Part shown: piece by piece, positions 26,354 to 40,348 of the stretch
Layout of the letters: each line of letters opens with the position of its first letter
Position numbering within the stretch: position 1 is the stretch's first letter
Source: Prorocentrum cordatum
Taxonomy: Eukaryota
Assembly (NCBI GenBank): GCA_963575745.1
Contig: CAUYUJ010000253.1
Span: 1 to 64,000, forward strand
Direction of reading: 5' to 3'
Length of the DNA: 64,000 nt
Position numbers and translations under genes: made by a program
Notes under the pieces: generated by a model
Database searches by the model: none
Seen by the model: the letters and a program-made list of their open reading frames with translations, nothing else
Told to the model about the DNA's origin: nothing

Positions 26354-26521
26354 AGATGGGATCCGAGTGAATGGAGTCAGGGGTTCGCACCGCATCGCCA
26401 CTGCATCGGCGATGTGACTCGATGTGGAGCCCGATGATCTCCACGGAAACGTCGCCGATGCATCGGCGATGCATCGGCGATGCGGCGCGATCCTCCGACC
26501 CCATCTGCTCGGACCCCATCT

Positions 26522-29500
26522 GGCAGGAGACCTCGAGCTTCGGATGCTCCCGGGCTCCAGAAAAAAACCTTCACATCAGCTGGTGCCACGCGTAGTGGAT
26601 CGTAAACTTCACCGAGGTCGTTGCGCCAATGTTGCGGAGAAACACCATCCCAGCCAATCCTCTGTAGCGTCAGATCGGCAGCACCAAGTGGGCCTCTCAC
26701 CCCTGCCCCGGTAAGGCCCTTGTCATTAATGCGGGTGACCAAAGTCTCCCAGGCGTGGCGCAGCTCTCCCGTAGAAACTCGCGCGTCCCACGCAAAACAG
26801 TGATACCTGCACAACAGGGACGCCGTCGCCTCAAGTACTGGATCGTAACGTATCTGCCATCGACAATCTAAGTAGGCCGTCTCATGCGCCCTTGGAGGTT
26901 CTCCCACAACTGTCGCTGCCACAGAGCGCGCCGTAGTCAAAGCACTGTCACTCATCCCAGATACCCCAGCACCGTGAGCCACGGCAGGCTGCGCGCCTGC
27001 CCGCCGCAGCACCGAGGCCTTCCGCCCAGCCGCCTTCCGAAACATCCGTAGCCTATGTCGCCGCCGCTGTAGATCCCGTAGTCGAGACTTCTCCTGTAAC
27101 CGTAGAGGTCGCATGCCCATGGTCTCGTGGCCTAGATTGCGCATCCAGCCAATGAACCGATGCTTGGAACGTTTTGACAAGCCGCTTGCTAGGATGCGCG
27201 CCGACCACAATAGTTACCAGACCTCGTGTCAGTGAAGCAGGACCCAGGATGCGCGAATCTTCCTGAAACTATCTCGCAGCCAACTGCAAGGCCTTCACAC
27301 CATCAGAGTCAGACCCAGCATGCTGCACCGAAATATCATGCACCAAAGCACGTGGTACAAGGTTACCATGGACGTCTCTCAATCGAAAGATCGCCCGCAA
27401 GGTACGCACCTCAAGCATGCAAACCGCATGCGTGCAACCTGCCAGTATGCCCTGGTCAACCTGTAGCGGTTTCGAGTAGGTACCATAACCCTTCGGACGA
27501 CGCGGAAGGCGGTGCATCCGCAGCAGCATGCACATCATCTCGGGCTGGTAGCCAAGAGCGATGCTTTCCCTGAACAGTTGTGACGGTCTCACCACATCAA
27601 ATGACTCGGTGAGGTCGAGCAGGACCGCAGCACTAAAGTGACCTCTCAGCACAGCCATATTCGAAGCCAAGTTGTGCGCAAAAGCACTGTCAGACGAGGT
27701 ATACCGCGATCGGTTGCCCCAAACATACTCACATCGATGAAATTGTTCCCATTCTCGGGAACTGCCTCGCCTAAGCCGTCCCCGTGCTCTCTGAAAGGTG
27801 CGAACGACCGCAATCAACCTGTGTCCTCTGTCCGCTGTCGGGATGCGACACATCATGGACCATAGTCTGTCAGCTGACCAGCCGAGTGGCCTCTCGGAGG
27901 AGGCAAAGAACTGAATCATCATGCCGAGCGTCTCGTCGGATATGTGCCACAATATTCGCGGGCGCCGTTGACGTGCGCTTGAGAAAAGTCAGCAGCACTC
28001 GTCGCAAGGTCCGTGCGTCCTCCGCTGGTAAGAGCGGCCGGTTCGCAGCCTCCGCAGGTGGTTCCACGGATAGGCATCCATGCCGCGTGCAAACCGCCTG
28101 CCATCCATCCGTATATTTGTTGGCCAGAACCGTCGGTTGCATGCCCAGTGGGTCTCGCGTGAACGGGGCCACCTGGTCCAGGGGTTGAACCTTAGAGGCT
28201 CGATGAGCAACTGACGCCCCTTCTTGAAAGGCAATTCGCTGGAACTTCATCCAAGCCTGATAAGCCACCTTCTGGTCGCTCTTACGCGTGGCAGTGGCCT
28301 TGCGCCCGACCTGTTCCATCAGCGATTGAAATGTGGGCGCCGCCAACACCTCCAGCCCCGACGCGAGGAAAGACTGCAACTGCATCGGGGGGGCAGCTCA
28401 GCACCACGCGGCTGCGCCTGACATTCGCAAGAACCCACTGACCTCATGGAAAGCCTGGATGGGCAAGGCATTGTTGCGGCTCAATCGCACAGCACATTGG
28501 AAGATTGCAAACGGGACACCAGCGCGCGTAGCCGATGGCGCTCCCTCTGCAGGTGCATCATCCATCGTGGCGCCGTCTTCCAGGCCAGAGTCTGCGGCTG
28601 CTTGTGCGTTCGCCTCAGCGGGGCCTGCCACTTGAGTTGTCTCCCTGTGAAGCGAGGAGACACTGGCGCGTCCAGAATACCGTAATGCGCTGGCCCCAAC
28701 TTGATCATATGCGTTGGCCAACTCCCGCTCGACACCGCCCATGAGGGAGCCCATGCACGCAGCGAGCCCCTGCGCGTCGGTAACATCTGCAAACAGCTGG
28801 GAGTTCCATTCCTACTGATACCGCGAGCAACCAGGTGGTGCCGTCAGAGGCAACTCCTTGGGCAGGTCGGGGACCCGCGTCCAGATCTTGGCGCCCCGCG
28901 CCTTCATCCGCAAGTGAACTGGGCAATGTGGGGGCAAGGTCGAGCCCTCATCGACGTGCACCTGCGCGGCAACTCTGGGCGCCAAATTCATCGACACAGC
29001 GAAGTAGTCGAGCGCAGCGCCTGGCGCGGCCTGCCGACGCGTAGGAGTGCCAGGGAAGAAAGGAATGGCAGATGCGGCAGCGGCCCGCCCCATGGTGAAT
29101 AGGGCAGCGGGCTCATTGTTCCAGCCACCTCCGACGAGCCAATCGTGGCCTTCACTGTTAAGCTTCGCCAGTGCCTGAGCCACTGCCCACAGATAAGCCG
29201 CGTTTGCTGGGGCCATGCCACCCGTAGTTTCCAGATGGGCACTGCCGGCAGAAAAACCTCCAGGTACCCCCCCACCCCCAGTGAATATGAGCAAACAGCG
29301 ACCTTCCTGGAACTACCTCCGTCTCAGACAGATCTGGAGCCGAGGTCGTGATATCAGCACTTGCAAGTATAGCCACGCCTGCAACCGATCTCGTAGCCGA
29401 TGTCGGGCTAGGCGTAGCGCAGGCCCACGATCCGTTCCAACCAAGGTCTCGCGCCTGGGACTGCACCTGCGGTATCCGTTCTGGTCGTGCGCGGCGCCCC

Positions 29501-32342
29501 TGCACCAGCAGCACCTTCGCCTGCTCCACTGTGGGTAGGTACTCAAACGAGGATCCATGTGGCGTGACATTGACCGCGATCACTTCACCCTTGGGCTCGT
29601 CATGTGTGGGCGAAAAACCTGAGGGGGGGGCAGACTTGAGCCGCCCCCCTGCCGCCCCCCCGCGACATCGGATCCCGCCCGCGCTGCGCGAGGCAGCGGC
29701 GCGCTTCCCGCTCCTCGCGCCAACGGCGATCCCCGAACAAGGACCCGGGGCAACGCCGATGGCAGCGCCGACAGTTGTCCTCGCAAGGGGGCCCGCGGCA
29801 CTCGGAGGGCCCACGGTCCTCGTGAATGTCGCTTCCTTCCTCCGCAGCCACGCCGGACCCCAGAGCAACCGCTGGGCCCTCTGATTCACGTGGCGACGCG
29901 GTGCCTAGTAGCCGCGATGGCACACTACGTCTTCGCACTCTAACGCCTTCCAGCATGCGTGGCGACGTGGTGCCTAGCAGCCCTGCTGGCACACTAGGAT
30001 TTTGCACTCTAAGTCCAGATTCCAGCATGTGAAATTGACCTCCAGCTGGACACTGAACAGCATGTGGCGACCTCTGCGGCTCCGCGGGAGCCGTGAGTGC
30101 ACCGCTCGACACCGGTGTCCCAGCAGAGGCCGTCATTTCTGTCGTGGTTGCCCCCAGCCCAGGGGGGGGGCGCCCCTGGCCATCTGGGGGGATACTCGTG
30201 GACCGCCTCGTAGTAGCTGCCGAGCCCGAAGCCGCAGGGCACGTGGGCAGAGGGGCGTGACTTCCAGGGGCTGAACCCCTGCCCCCTCTGCCCGCAGCGT
30301 CTTCGCAAGTTCCAGAACCGCCAGATGTCGAAGCCGAGGCGTAGGAGGTCATGCCCGTGTGCGCGACGAGGAAATCGACATCGCCCGCTTGCTCATGCTC
30401 CAGGGCTGGTCTCCGCGGGCGCAGCGGCCGGCGTGCATCGGGCGCGCCGGGGCCGACTGCCAACGGCGGAGCTCCAAGCGTCGGCGTTCCTCGGCGTCTG
30501 AACTCGCCATCCTCATAGACCATGCTTCGCGACGCCACTGCGCATGGCGCCAGGCCGCCTTGCAAAGCTCCGGCAAGATGGACTCCAGAGCGCGGCCAGG
30601 AAACCAATTCGCCAGCAGCAGCTGGAGGGGATCGTTGCCTCCGCTGGCCAACATCACTGCGAGGAAAGCCTGACGCCACTCCACCCGTTGAGAATTGTCA
30701 TCGGAGTGCTGTAGAAGATTCTCGAACCAGATAGCTGCCCATTCCCGCAAATCAGCTCTCATGGCGGTGAAATCTCGGGCCGCTACAGAGCGCTCGGGAG
30801 GAGGAGGTAGTCCCGTATCAACGGGCGCTTGGTCAAGCTGCGGTGCGCAATCACTGAAAGGAGGCCCTTCGCCCCAGACGCCGGCCCCATCGCTGCGCAG
30901 CCCAGAGAAATCATCCAGATCAAACCCAGGGTCAGCGCGCAACTGCTCAACGTCATCGCCGGCCTCGGAGGGCTCGTGATAGCCAGATCCTGCCATGGGT
31001 TGTCCAGAAAGTTCAAATGCTATCGTTAGGGCTAGCGCTAGGCCCATCTTGTTCGTAATGGGCAGCTTGAAGGACTCGAGCCGGCGCTTAGCCTGCGCCC
31101 TGACCCCCGCCTCGTCGTCGGTAGCCTTGCCCCGGTTGCTGGCGACGAATGCCTCGAGGCCCTCAAGGTCCATATCCTGGGGCACAGGAATGTCGACGGC
31201 CGTCGGAGTGGTTGCTGGGCCTGCTGCTGCTGCATAGCCCGCTGCACCTCCAGATGGTCGTCTCTCGCCTTCTCGACAGCCTCGATCCATATGGCTGAAC
31301 ACACTGCACACAGCTAGCAGCCAACTGTTCACCACCACCCAACTGTTGCACATGAGCCTGTAGCTGCTCCAGGCTGGCAGAGAAAGCCTCCAATATTGCT
31401 GTGTCGCCAGCTTAGGTGGCACCAACATGCTGCTCAGGTGCGCCTTGCCGAAGGAGCTCCATCTGCTCCAGCTGCAAATGCACCCGCGCCTTTCCTTTGT
31501 CATCCAACTGCTGCCGAAGTTCCAAAACCAGCTTTTGCTTCTCGACCAGACGCTTCTCTTCATTGTCAATCGACTGATTGAGCTTTGCACTTTGCTGATC
31601 GATTATCTGGAGCTTGTTGCCGATGCCGTCACCTGCGCGCCCAGGGGCTTGGCCGCCATGATCTCCTGGCGTAGCTGCCGAGCCGAAGTCTCCGCGTCAG
31701 CATAGCCAGAAACTGTACTGGGCTCAACCCCATTTGACTTCGGCTGCCTGCTCCAGAGCCGCCAATACACCTTCGCAAGCTTCCAATTCCTTCTGCTTGT
31801 TCTGCAGCTCGGGTCCGCCAGTCGAATCTGTCTGGGGCTGCAGCTCAGGAGCATCCGCTTCAGAATACTTGGACCTCGGTAGCTGCTGAACCTGCTTGCG
31901 GAGCGCAACCAATTCCTTCTCCTTTGCTTCCAGTGCATGCGCAGCGCCAGCACCCATGGCAGGAGGAGCACTCTGACTGGGAACAGGAGGAGGGACATCA
32001 CACTTATAGACACGACCCTTAGCGCCACCACATAGGAACAACAAACAGCATCTGCATGGTTATGCCACGGCTCGCCCGTCTTCTGATGCATACAGGATCT
32101 GCAGACCCATCGCTTGGCCTTGGCCGCCCTCTCCCTGGCGGCGCGGCCAGCAGGCGGTGCCATGGCGGGCGCAGACAGGAAGCGAGAGACGCAATGATCA
32201 GGTACTTGCACACTTGGCTACCTGGGGCGGGCCAGGAGCCGGGGGGAAAGCTGTCGGGCGCAAGGCCCTGGCACTGCCGCGGACTGGCGGTATCCACTTG
32301 GTTGCCTGCGAATTTCATAGTCTTGAGCCAAAAAGGCTACGA
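26522..32342 (-). mobile_element. Degenerate LINE (APE-RT non-LTR retrotransposon), 5'-intact and 3'-truncated
   Basis: ORF1 with WVCRSC zinc-finger-like motif and coiled coil (~31600-32170); APE motifs (AVNVT, LLVQ, WLVGGGWN, LDYF, HCPV at ~28800-29600); RT motifs (GHRLI, LLDLTESFDVV, QGILAGC, LVHD for YVDD at 27270-27950); many stops and frameshifts. Confidence 0.9.
32322..32342 (-). promoter_or_regulatory. Dinoflagellate spliced-leader copy at the LINE 5' end
   Basis: Reverse complement reads tcgtagcctttttggctcaag vs ccgtagccattttggctcaag (19/21 identical). Confidence 0.85.
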
Positions 32343-32666
32343 AAAGGAAGAGGACGAGGAGGACGAGGAGGACGAGGAGGAGGAGGAGGAGGAGGAGGAG
32401 GAGGAGGAGGAGGAGGAGGAGGGAGGAGGGAGGGAGGAGGAGGCCGAGGACGAGGACGAGGAGGAGGAGGAGGAGGAGGAAGAGGAGGAGGACGAGGAGG
32501 AGGAGGTGGAGGAGGAGGAAGGAGGAGGAGGGAGGAGGAGGAGGAGGACGAGCACGAGGACGAAGACTGGGACGAACGAGGACGAGGACGAGGAGGAAGA
32601 CGAAGAGGAGGAGGAGGAGGAGGAGGAGGAGGAGGAGGAGGAGGAGGAGGAAGAGGAAGAGGAAGC

Positions 32667-32699
<33 letters not shown>

Positions 32700-33540
32700 G
32701 GAGGAGGAGGAGGGAGGAAGGAGGAAAGAGGAGGAGAGGGAATAGAGGAGAGAGGCCTACAATGATTCGTGTCCACTGAGTGAAGTGCCCCTTTGGAAGA
32801 CAACCGTTTGAAGATCATGATGCGCGCTAAAGCATCATTCTCAGAATTTCAACGCCACGGGTCAACCTGACTGGTGCGGCTTGATGGTCCTGAATCGTGC
32901 CTGAACACCGTTCTTGGGATTTCAACACCGCGAAGCAACGTAACTGTTGCGCCCTGACAACCCAGAATCATTACATCATAACTTTTCGGATCAGATAACA
33001 GTGGGAATCCGTGAAACTTGTGCAATCTTCTTAAACGAGTGTGCGCGGCGCTACGGCGAGAGCTACATTTTGAAAACGACCCGCCTTGAACCCGTGAAGG
33101 TCTTACAACATCTTACGACGAAGGCGCGCGGCGCCGAGGCGAGAACCGCATTTTGAAAACCACCCGCCATCCATCCGTGAAACTACTGCAGCTTGCCAGC
33201 TTCCGGATCATTAGTGGTGAGGCAGTCTCAGGCGGAACGCCCGGCCCGCCCTTCCGACTGCCCCAGGGGTGCGGCAAGGAGGAGCTGTGCATGAGACGCA
33301 GGAGTGGAGGAGAGGAGCGGGCGGGGGGAGGAGGAAGAGAAGGAGGGGAGGAGCAGGAGGGAGGAGGAGGAGGAGGAGGAGGAGGAGGAGGAGGAGGAGG
33401 AGGTGGAGGAGGTGAGGAGGAGGAGGAGGAGGAGGAGGAGCAGGAGCAGGAGCAGGGGAGGAGGAGGAGGATGAGGAGGGGGAGGAGGGACGCAGGGGGA
33501 AGGAGCAGTGGGGCAGCCTGCCCACTGCCCCTTCTGCCAG

Positions 33541-33670
33541 GCCGCCCGGGAGCCGACGCCTCGGGGTGTGGCCGCGCCGCCCCTCGGAGGAGCCGTCCCC
33601 CCACTGCGACAAGGCGCTCGTGTGGAGGCAGCTCGCGCGGCGGCGCTACCAGAAGACGGCCAGGAGGAAG
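33541..33670 (+). CDS. Gene 2 candidate exon 5: PPGSRRLGVWPRRPSEEPSPHCDKALVWRQLARRRYQKTARRK
   Basis: Pyrimidine-rich CAG|G acceptor and AAG|GC donor; phase fits exon 4 across the LINE-containing intron. Further exons (34-37 kb) not resolved. Confidence 0.45.
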
Positions 33671-33745
33671 GCGCCCTGGGTCGTCGCGGGGCCGAACCTC
33701 GGCAGTGCTGTTCTGTTGTTGTTTCCTTTGTTTTCACGTCTCTCT

Positions 33746-33811
<66 letters not shown>

Positions 33812-36207
33812 GTGTGTGTGTGTGTGTGCTGTGTGTGTGCGTGTGCGTGTGCGTGCGTTGTGCGTGTGCGTGTGCGTGTGCGTGTGCGTGTGCGTGTGCG
33901 TGCGTGTGCGTGCGTGTGCGTGTGCGTGTGCGTGTGCGTGTGCGTGTGCGTGTGCGTGTGCGTGTGCGTGTGCGTGTGCGTGTGTGTGTGCGTGTGTGTG
34001 TGTGTGTGCGTGTGTGCGTGTGTGTGTGTGCGTGTGTGTGTGTGTGTGTCTCTGGTTGTGAGCGCGTTTCAGGTGTGTTTTCGCAGACTCTGGACGCTGG
34101 CCGTCGCGCCCGTGCGTTTTGGCCACCGGGCCGCCGTTCTGCTGGGGGCCTCGGGACCGCCGCCGGGGGGCCCCCCGAGGCCCCCCAGCGCCCCGAGGGG
34201 CTCGAGGCGGCAGCCCCCCCCCGAGGTCCTCGGCCTCCGGAGGCCCCCGCTGGGCCGCCGGCGCCGTCAAGAGACGGCACAGGGTGAATCGGGGGCCCCC
34301 AGACGGTGTGGTGACCACACCGTGCGGTGAGTCGGTGGGGATTCCAAGGGCGCCCTCGAGGGCGCGAAGTTACTCGCGCTTCGCGGTTCGGCTCCGGTTT
34401 CTCCTCCTCCTCTTCCTCCTCCTCCCCCTTGGGAGGCGGCGCGAGAGCGCGAAGTTATTCGCACTTCGCGCTTCGCGCAGCGCGAAGCGCGAAGTTGGGA
34501 GCCCTTGACACAGGGTGAATCGGGGGCCCCCCAACCGGTGTGGTGACCACACCGTGCGGTGAGTCGGTGGGGATTCGGGGTCACCGCACGGTTTTGGGAC
34601 TCGGGTCGTTCTCCGAGGACGTCTCGGGCGACTGGGGCATCCGAGGTCCCAAAAGCGTGCGGTGAGGTCTTGGGGGATTTCGAGGTCACGGCACGGTCTG
34701 TCACCGCAGCCTTTCAGCCTTTCGGGACTCCGAAGTGACGAGCGGGCTGAAGCACGGATCGAGGGGGCGTGGATTAGCGACGGGTCCCGCTTCCGCGGGA
34801 AATCGCGGATCTCCGCCGCCGAGGGGGGCGGCGCCGGCCGCACTTTGGGGAGGGCGCCTCCCCCGATCCAGGGATTTGGCGACCGCGCGGCACAGCCACG
34901 GATCGCCAGTCCGTGCCCGCGCGCCCCCGAAAAGGGCGGAGAGCGGGCCCTGGTCACCCCGCGCGCGCTCCACGGCTCGCGGAGCGCCTGCTCGCGCCAG
35001 CGTGCGAAGAGCACACGGCCTGTCCTCCTCCTCCTCCTCCTCCTCTCCTCCTTCTCCTCCTCCTCCTCCTCCTCCTCCTCCTCCTCCTCCTCCTCCTCCT
35101 CCTCCTCCTCCTCCCCTCTCCTCCTCCTCCTCCTCCATCTCCTCCTCCCCTCCTCCTCCTCCTCCTCCTCCTCCTCCTCCTCCTCCCTCCTCCTCCTCCT
35201 CCTCCTCCTCCTCCTCCTCCTCCTCCTCCTCCTCCTCCTCCCTCCTCTCCTTGGGGGCCTGCGCACCCCCCCTGAAGTTCTCCTCCCGCACGCTCGAAGA
35301 GCTCTGCGAGCAGCGGAGCGTGCCTGTCCGTCTAGGGGAGGAGGTCCAGACCTCGGGGGGGCCCGCAGCGAGAAGCTCCCGACGTCGGACGGCTGGGTCC
35401 ACGCAGCCGGGGGCCGGCGCCAGCGGGTTATATCCCCGGGGTCCTGGCGCGGCCACCGCTGCACGCTGGGCGTTTGCTCCCAGCTTGGGGCCCCGCGGGG
35501 CCCTCACGGATGGATCCAGCTCGAGAAATGCAGGCGAAAGATGGGGTCTATGAGGTTTTGGTCGTGATTTGTCTCGACGCTTCATGGCGCCAACATCGCA
35601 GAGCGGATTTCGTTCGGAAAACATTGGGATGGGCCCGGATTGTCTTGGAGAGTTTCGCTCCGGATTTCGAAGTTCATTTCGCGCGGATTTTGTTCGGTCA
35701 GAAATGAAGACAAAGCATCTACGTCAAATTCATTTCGTTTTTCGTTCGCCGTTTCGGGGTTTTGCATTGGCATACATCCACACAATAATCCGCTGCAGCA
35801 TGTCTGCAAGGTCGCGGCGCAGTGAGACGTTGCATTTTTCCGCAACGTCGGATCTCAGGGAAGGCAGAGGGGGCGGGCGTTCTCAGGAGGCTCAGAATGG
35901 AGGGAACGAAAACGGTTATCATGCAAAATGGGATCGGGGGCTCTAGTAGTCATTTTTTGGGAGATGTTTTAACTTTTGCTTCAGCAGGGGCAGCGCTAGG
36001 GGGGGATAGGCTAAGGGGGGTACGCATCGACCCCCCTTCGCCCATGCATCGCCGATAGAGGCTCGACAGCCCCGGCCTGCCCAGGACCGCGCGGATTCGC
36101 TACCGAGGGCCTGTCGCCAATCTGTCGGCGATGTATCGACGGTTCCAGGTCGATGCTCCCCCCCCCCTGGGCGCGTCCGCCCAGCAGCATCTCTGCTCCT
36201 CAGCTCG

Positions 36208-36363
36208 TAGGGGGCCACGTGCGAACCCTGCCCCCCACCCCCCACGATTTCTGAGGGGGAGGGTGGGGCTCACTTCGCTCGGGAGCTCCCGAGTGGAGTG
36301 CACCCCACCCTCCCCTTCAGAAATCGTGGGGGGTGGGGGGCAGGGTTCGCATGTGGCCCCCTA
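36208..36363. mobile_element. Palindromic MITE, family 1, TA-flanked
   Basis: Same hairpin as 6461-6614 with TA at both ends (Tc1/mariner-type TSD). Confidence 0.8.
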
Positions 36364-39300
36364 CTCGAGCAGCGGGGGCCAGCCCGGGTGCCACGCTCCG
36401 CAACCTCCGCTTGGCCCGGGGGTTGCGGGAGCTGCTGAGCCGCTGGCCAGGCTTCGCGATAGGGGCTTGGCCGACCCGGGTTTGGTGCGGACCCGGTGTC
36501 TCAGCAGCGTTTCACCGACCCCCATCCCGAGCCCCATTCAGCCTCGTTTCACCGACCCCCCCATCCCCAGCCCCAGCCCCTTCGAGACCCCCATGCAGCT
36601 TTGTCCCCTCCCTCCCCCCCCAGTTGGGGGGATGCGCCCCTCGACGCCCGACGGGGACGGCCTGCGTCCCCTATCCAGGGGGGCAGCTCGGCCAGCGGGG
36701 TCCCGGCCCAGGCCGCTGGGGACGGGGACCGCTTCAGCGATGCCCGTCGGTGCGTGCCCGAGGTCGCCTGGGGCGCCAGCGCGGGCCCGCCCCCGTCGCC
36801 GACCCCGGAGGACAGCCCGATGCCGCGCGCCTGCACCTGGCCCGCGCCCGCGGGCGGCGACGGCGCCGCCTGATGGCTGCGGCTCCCCCTCCTCTCCTCC
36901 TCCGCTCCTCCTGATGGCCCCCTCTCCCTCCTCCCTCTCCCGCCCTCGCCTACCCCCCCCTCCTCCCTCCTCCTCCTCCTCTCTCCTCCTCCTCCTCTCT
37001 CCTCTCCTCCTCCTCCTCCTCCCACCCTCTCTCTCCCTCCCTCCTCCCTCCTCCTCCTCCGCCTCCTCTCTCCCTCCTCCTCCTCCTCCTCCTCCTCCTC
37101 CTCCTCCTCCTCCTCCTCCTCCTCCTCCTCCTCCTCCTCCTCCTCCTCCTCCTCCTCTAGGCCTCCTCGATGGGGTCGGTGTAGATGGGGTCGGAGGATC
37201 GCGCCGCATCGCCGATACATCGCCGGTGCATCGCCGATGCCTCGACGACGTGGCCGTGGAGATCATCGGCGATGCATCGGCGATGGGTGATGTGTCGCCG
37301 ATTCCAGGCCGCCGTCTCCCCTCCCCTGAGCTGGTCCCCCCATTATCGTTGCCCCTCATCCTTCGGGTGTCGCTAGAAGTGCCCCTGGGCCAAGGTGCCC
37401 CCAGGATTCTCGGGGTAGCCGAAACGGCCTCCAAAGCTCCAGAATGGAGCGACAAGCTGGGGGCTCCTTGGGCCAGGGGTACTTCTGGCAACACCCGAGC
37501 CTTCCCATCCTTCCCCCCACCCTCCCTCCCCTCCCTGCACCCTCCAGCGCCCATCGGGCCGCGGCGCGCTTCGCAGCGAGTTCCAGCGAACTTCGACGCC
37601 CCTCGGGGCCCCTCCTGAGCCCATGCCACGCGGCTGGGCTCCCGCCCCCCGCCGGTGGGAGCGCCAAGAGCTCCACCCGGGGGCCAGGCGGAAGCCCGGG
37701 GAGCAGGCCCGGGGAGGCCCGCTGGACGCGGGGGGCGGCGGGGAGAAGGGCGCGCTCCAAGGGGGAGGTGCTGTCGGGGGGAGCCGGGGGCTTCTCCTCC
37801 TCCTCCTCCTCCTCCTCCTCCTCCGCCTCCGCCTCCTCCTCCTCCTCCTCCTCGGGAGGAGAGGCGTGGCAGTGCTGTGGGCCGTGGGGTCCGTGTCTTC
37901 GGAGGCCTGCTGGACACGGGGGGCGGCGGGGTGAAGGGCGTGCTCCAAGGGGGAGGTGCTGTCGGGGGGAGCCGGGGGCTTCTCCTCCTCTTCCTCCTCC
38001 TCCTCCTCCTCCTCCTCCTCCTCCTCCTCCTCCGCCTCCTCCTCCTCCTCCTCGGGAGGAGAGGCGTGGCAGTGCTGTGGGCCGTGGGGTCCGTGTCTTC
38101 GGAGGCCTGCTGGACACGGGGGACGGCGGGGTGAAGGGCGTGCTCCAAGGGGGAGGTGCTGTCTGGGGGGGAGCCGGGGGCCTCTCCTCCTCCTCCTCCT
38201 CCTCCTCCTCCTCCTCCTCCTCCTCCTCCTCCTCCTCCTCCTCCTCCTCCTCGGGAGGTGCTGTCTGGGGGGAAGCCGGGGGCTCAAGCAGTGGCGAAGC
38301 GTCCCGGCGTGCCTATAGGCCTACCAGACAATGTCCTGAGAACCTTCTGTGGTTTCCACGACATGTGCTTGGAACATTCCTGGCTGGGGCTGTCTTGTTC
38401 TATAGCACATCGGGAATCTGTTCTAGGAGCATTGGTTGTGCTCTTAGAACATTTTGGGGTTCTAAGGTAGGCCTGTAGGAATGCTGGGACGGTCGGTCCC
38501 TGCTCAAGGGGCGGGAGGAGAGGCGTGGCAGTTCTGTGGAGCGCGTGTCTTCGGAGGAGACGCTGCGTAGGCATCAGCAGTCGGAGCTCCGCGCGGATCT
38601 CCCGGGTCGGCACCTGGACGCCCCTGGCGGCGCCTCCCGCGCCGCCCCTTGCGCGCTCCGCGACGGTCCGAGAAGTCCGCGCGGATCTCCGAGAGCTTGC
38701 TCCCCAAACAGTGCTCTCGTTCGGGGGCCCCTGCTTCCGGAAGGAGGAAACTTGGAAGGGGGGGGGTGCAAGTCTAACGGTCCGGCCCGTCTCGCCTGAG
38801 ACATCCTCGCAACTCTGAGCTCTGAGATGCCGTGCGCAAGGTGGTCCGGCCTGTTTCGCACAAGACATTCTCGCAACTCTGAGCTCCCAGATGCCGCGCA
38901 AGAAGTGGTCCAGCCTGGGGGCCCAGAAGACCACATGTTACATATCCTCCCTGGGACCCTGGGAGTGTCACCGCCCAGTCGCCGCCTTGTCGCCGCCCGT
39001 CGTCTGAGCCTGGTTCTCAGTCTGGCAGCCCTGTTGTCGCCGTCGCCGACCCTCCGCCCGTCGTCCGGGCCCGACGGTTGGTCTGGCCGCCGTGTTGTCG
39101 GCGTCGTGCTCGCCGTCGCCGCCCAGTCTCCGCCTCGTCGCCGCCCGTCGTCTGGGCCTGATGAGAATTTGACGGCTCAACGGTGGCTGTGTATATGCAC
39201 AGGCTGGGGGTGCTGTGGCTGGATGGGCTCTACGAGGCCCGCCGCGGGGGGAGTAAATATGCTCCTCTCCGCCTCATCTTAATACTGCTTATCATACTGC

Positions 39301-40094
39301 TCGCCTCGCAGCGCACTGTCTGACTATTACTGCGGTGCCATCCCGCCTGGTCGGTCTGGCGGTTCCGTGCTCGCCGTCGCCGCCCCGTCGCCGCTTAGAT
39401 ACTGCACCGCGCAGATTATTTTTTCTAGAGAGAGAAGAGACTCTACCCCCCCCGGCGCTATCCCCCCCCATTTCGGGTATGTTAATCATGTATGATTCTG
39501 ACCACACGTCCATCCTCAATATGAGTTTACACTATCCCAGAGGGGGCCGGTATCGCTCCCCTGAGGTTCCCTTGTAAAAAATATTCTATGCGGGGACATT
39601 TTTTGCTCTAGCATAAGATTTTGTCACGAATCCCTTACAACAGCTGAGACGAAGTGCGCACGCGCGCGTCGTCGCGCGCGCATGCCGAAACCTTTCAAAA
39701 ACCTTCGGTGTCGGACGGATTTCGCAATCGAGCTTCCAGAAAACATACCAACATACAGGGTTTCGCAACAGTGATTTGCTAAAAAAGCTTCCGCGCGAGC
39801 TCTTGCGAAATCTTAAGAACATCTGAAGTTTTTCACGATTTTCACAGACTGCTACCAAATTGCCTTCGCGCGCGCATGTCGAAATCAGTCGAACGCCCTT
39901 GCGCGTGTGCCGTCGCGAGAACCCTCTGCAAAAAATGGGACGAAGTGCAGACGCGCGCGTCGTCGCGCGCGTATGCCGAAATCCGTCAAAACCCATCGGC
40001 TTCGGAAGGATTTCAAAATCGTGTGTCCAAGAAACCTTCAAAGACACAAGGTTTCGAAACACGGATTTTCAACAAAAGCGTGCGCGCGCGCTCT

Positions 40095-40313
40095 TGCGTC
40101 GTCGTCGTCGTCGCCGTCCTCCCTCCTCCCGCGTCGTCGTCGTCGTCGTCGCCTACGTCGTCCTCTGTCTTTCCTCGTGTTCGTCGTCGTCGTCCTCTTT
40201 GGCGTCGTGGTCGTTTCCGTCGTCGTTGTCGCCGTGGTCGTCCTTCTTCCTCCATCGTCGTCGTCGTCGTCGTCCGTCGTCGGCGTCTCGTCGTCGTCCC
40301 TCCTATTTCGTCG

Positions 40314-40348
<35 letters not shown>

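Noticed and set aside
34070..37750. Further gene 2 exons
   Set aside because: Several GC-rich exon-like islands exist but multiple frames are open; they are not supportable individually.
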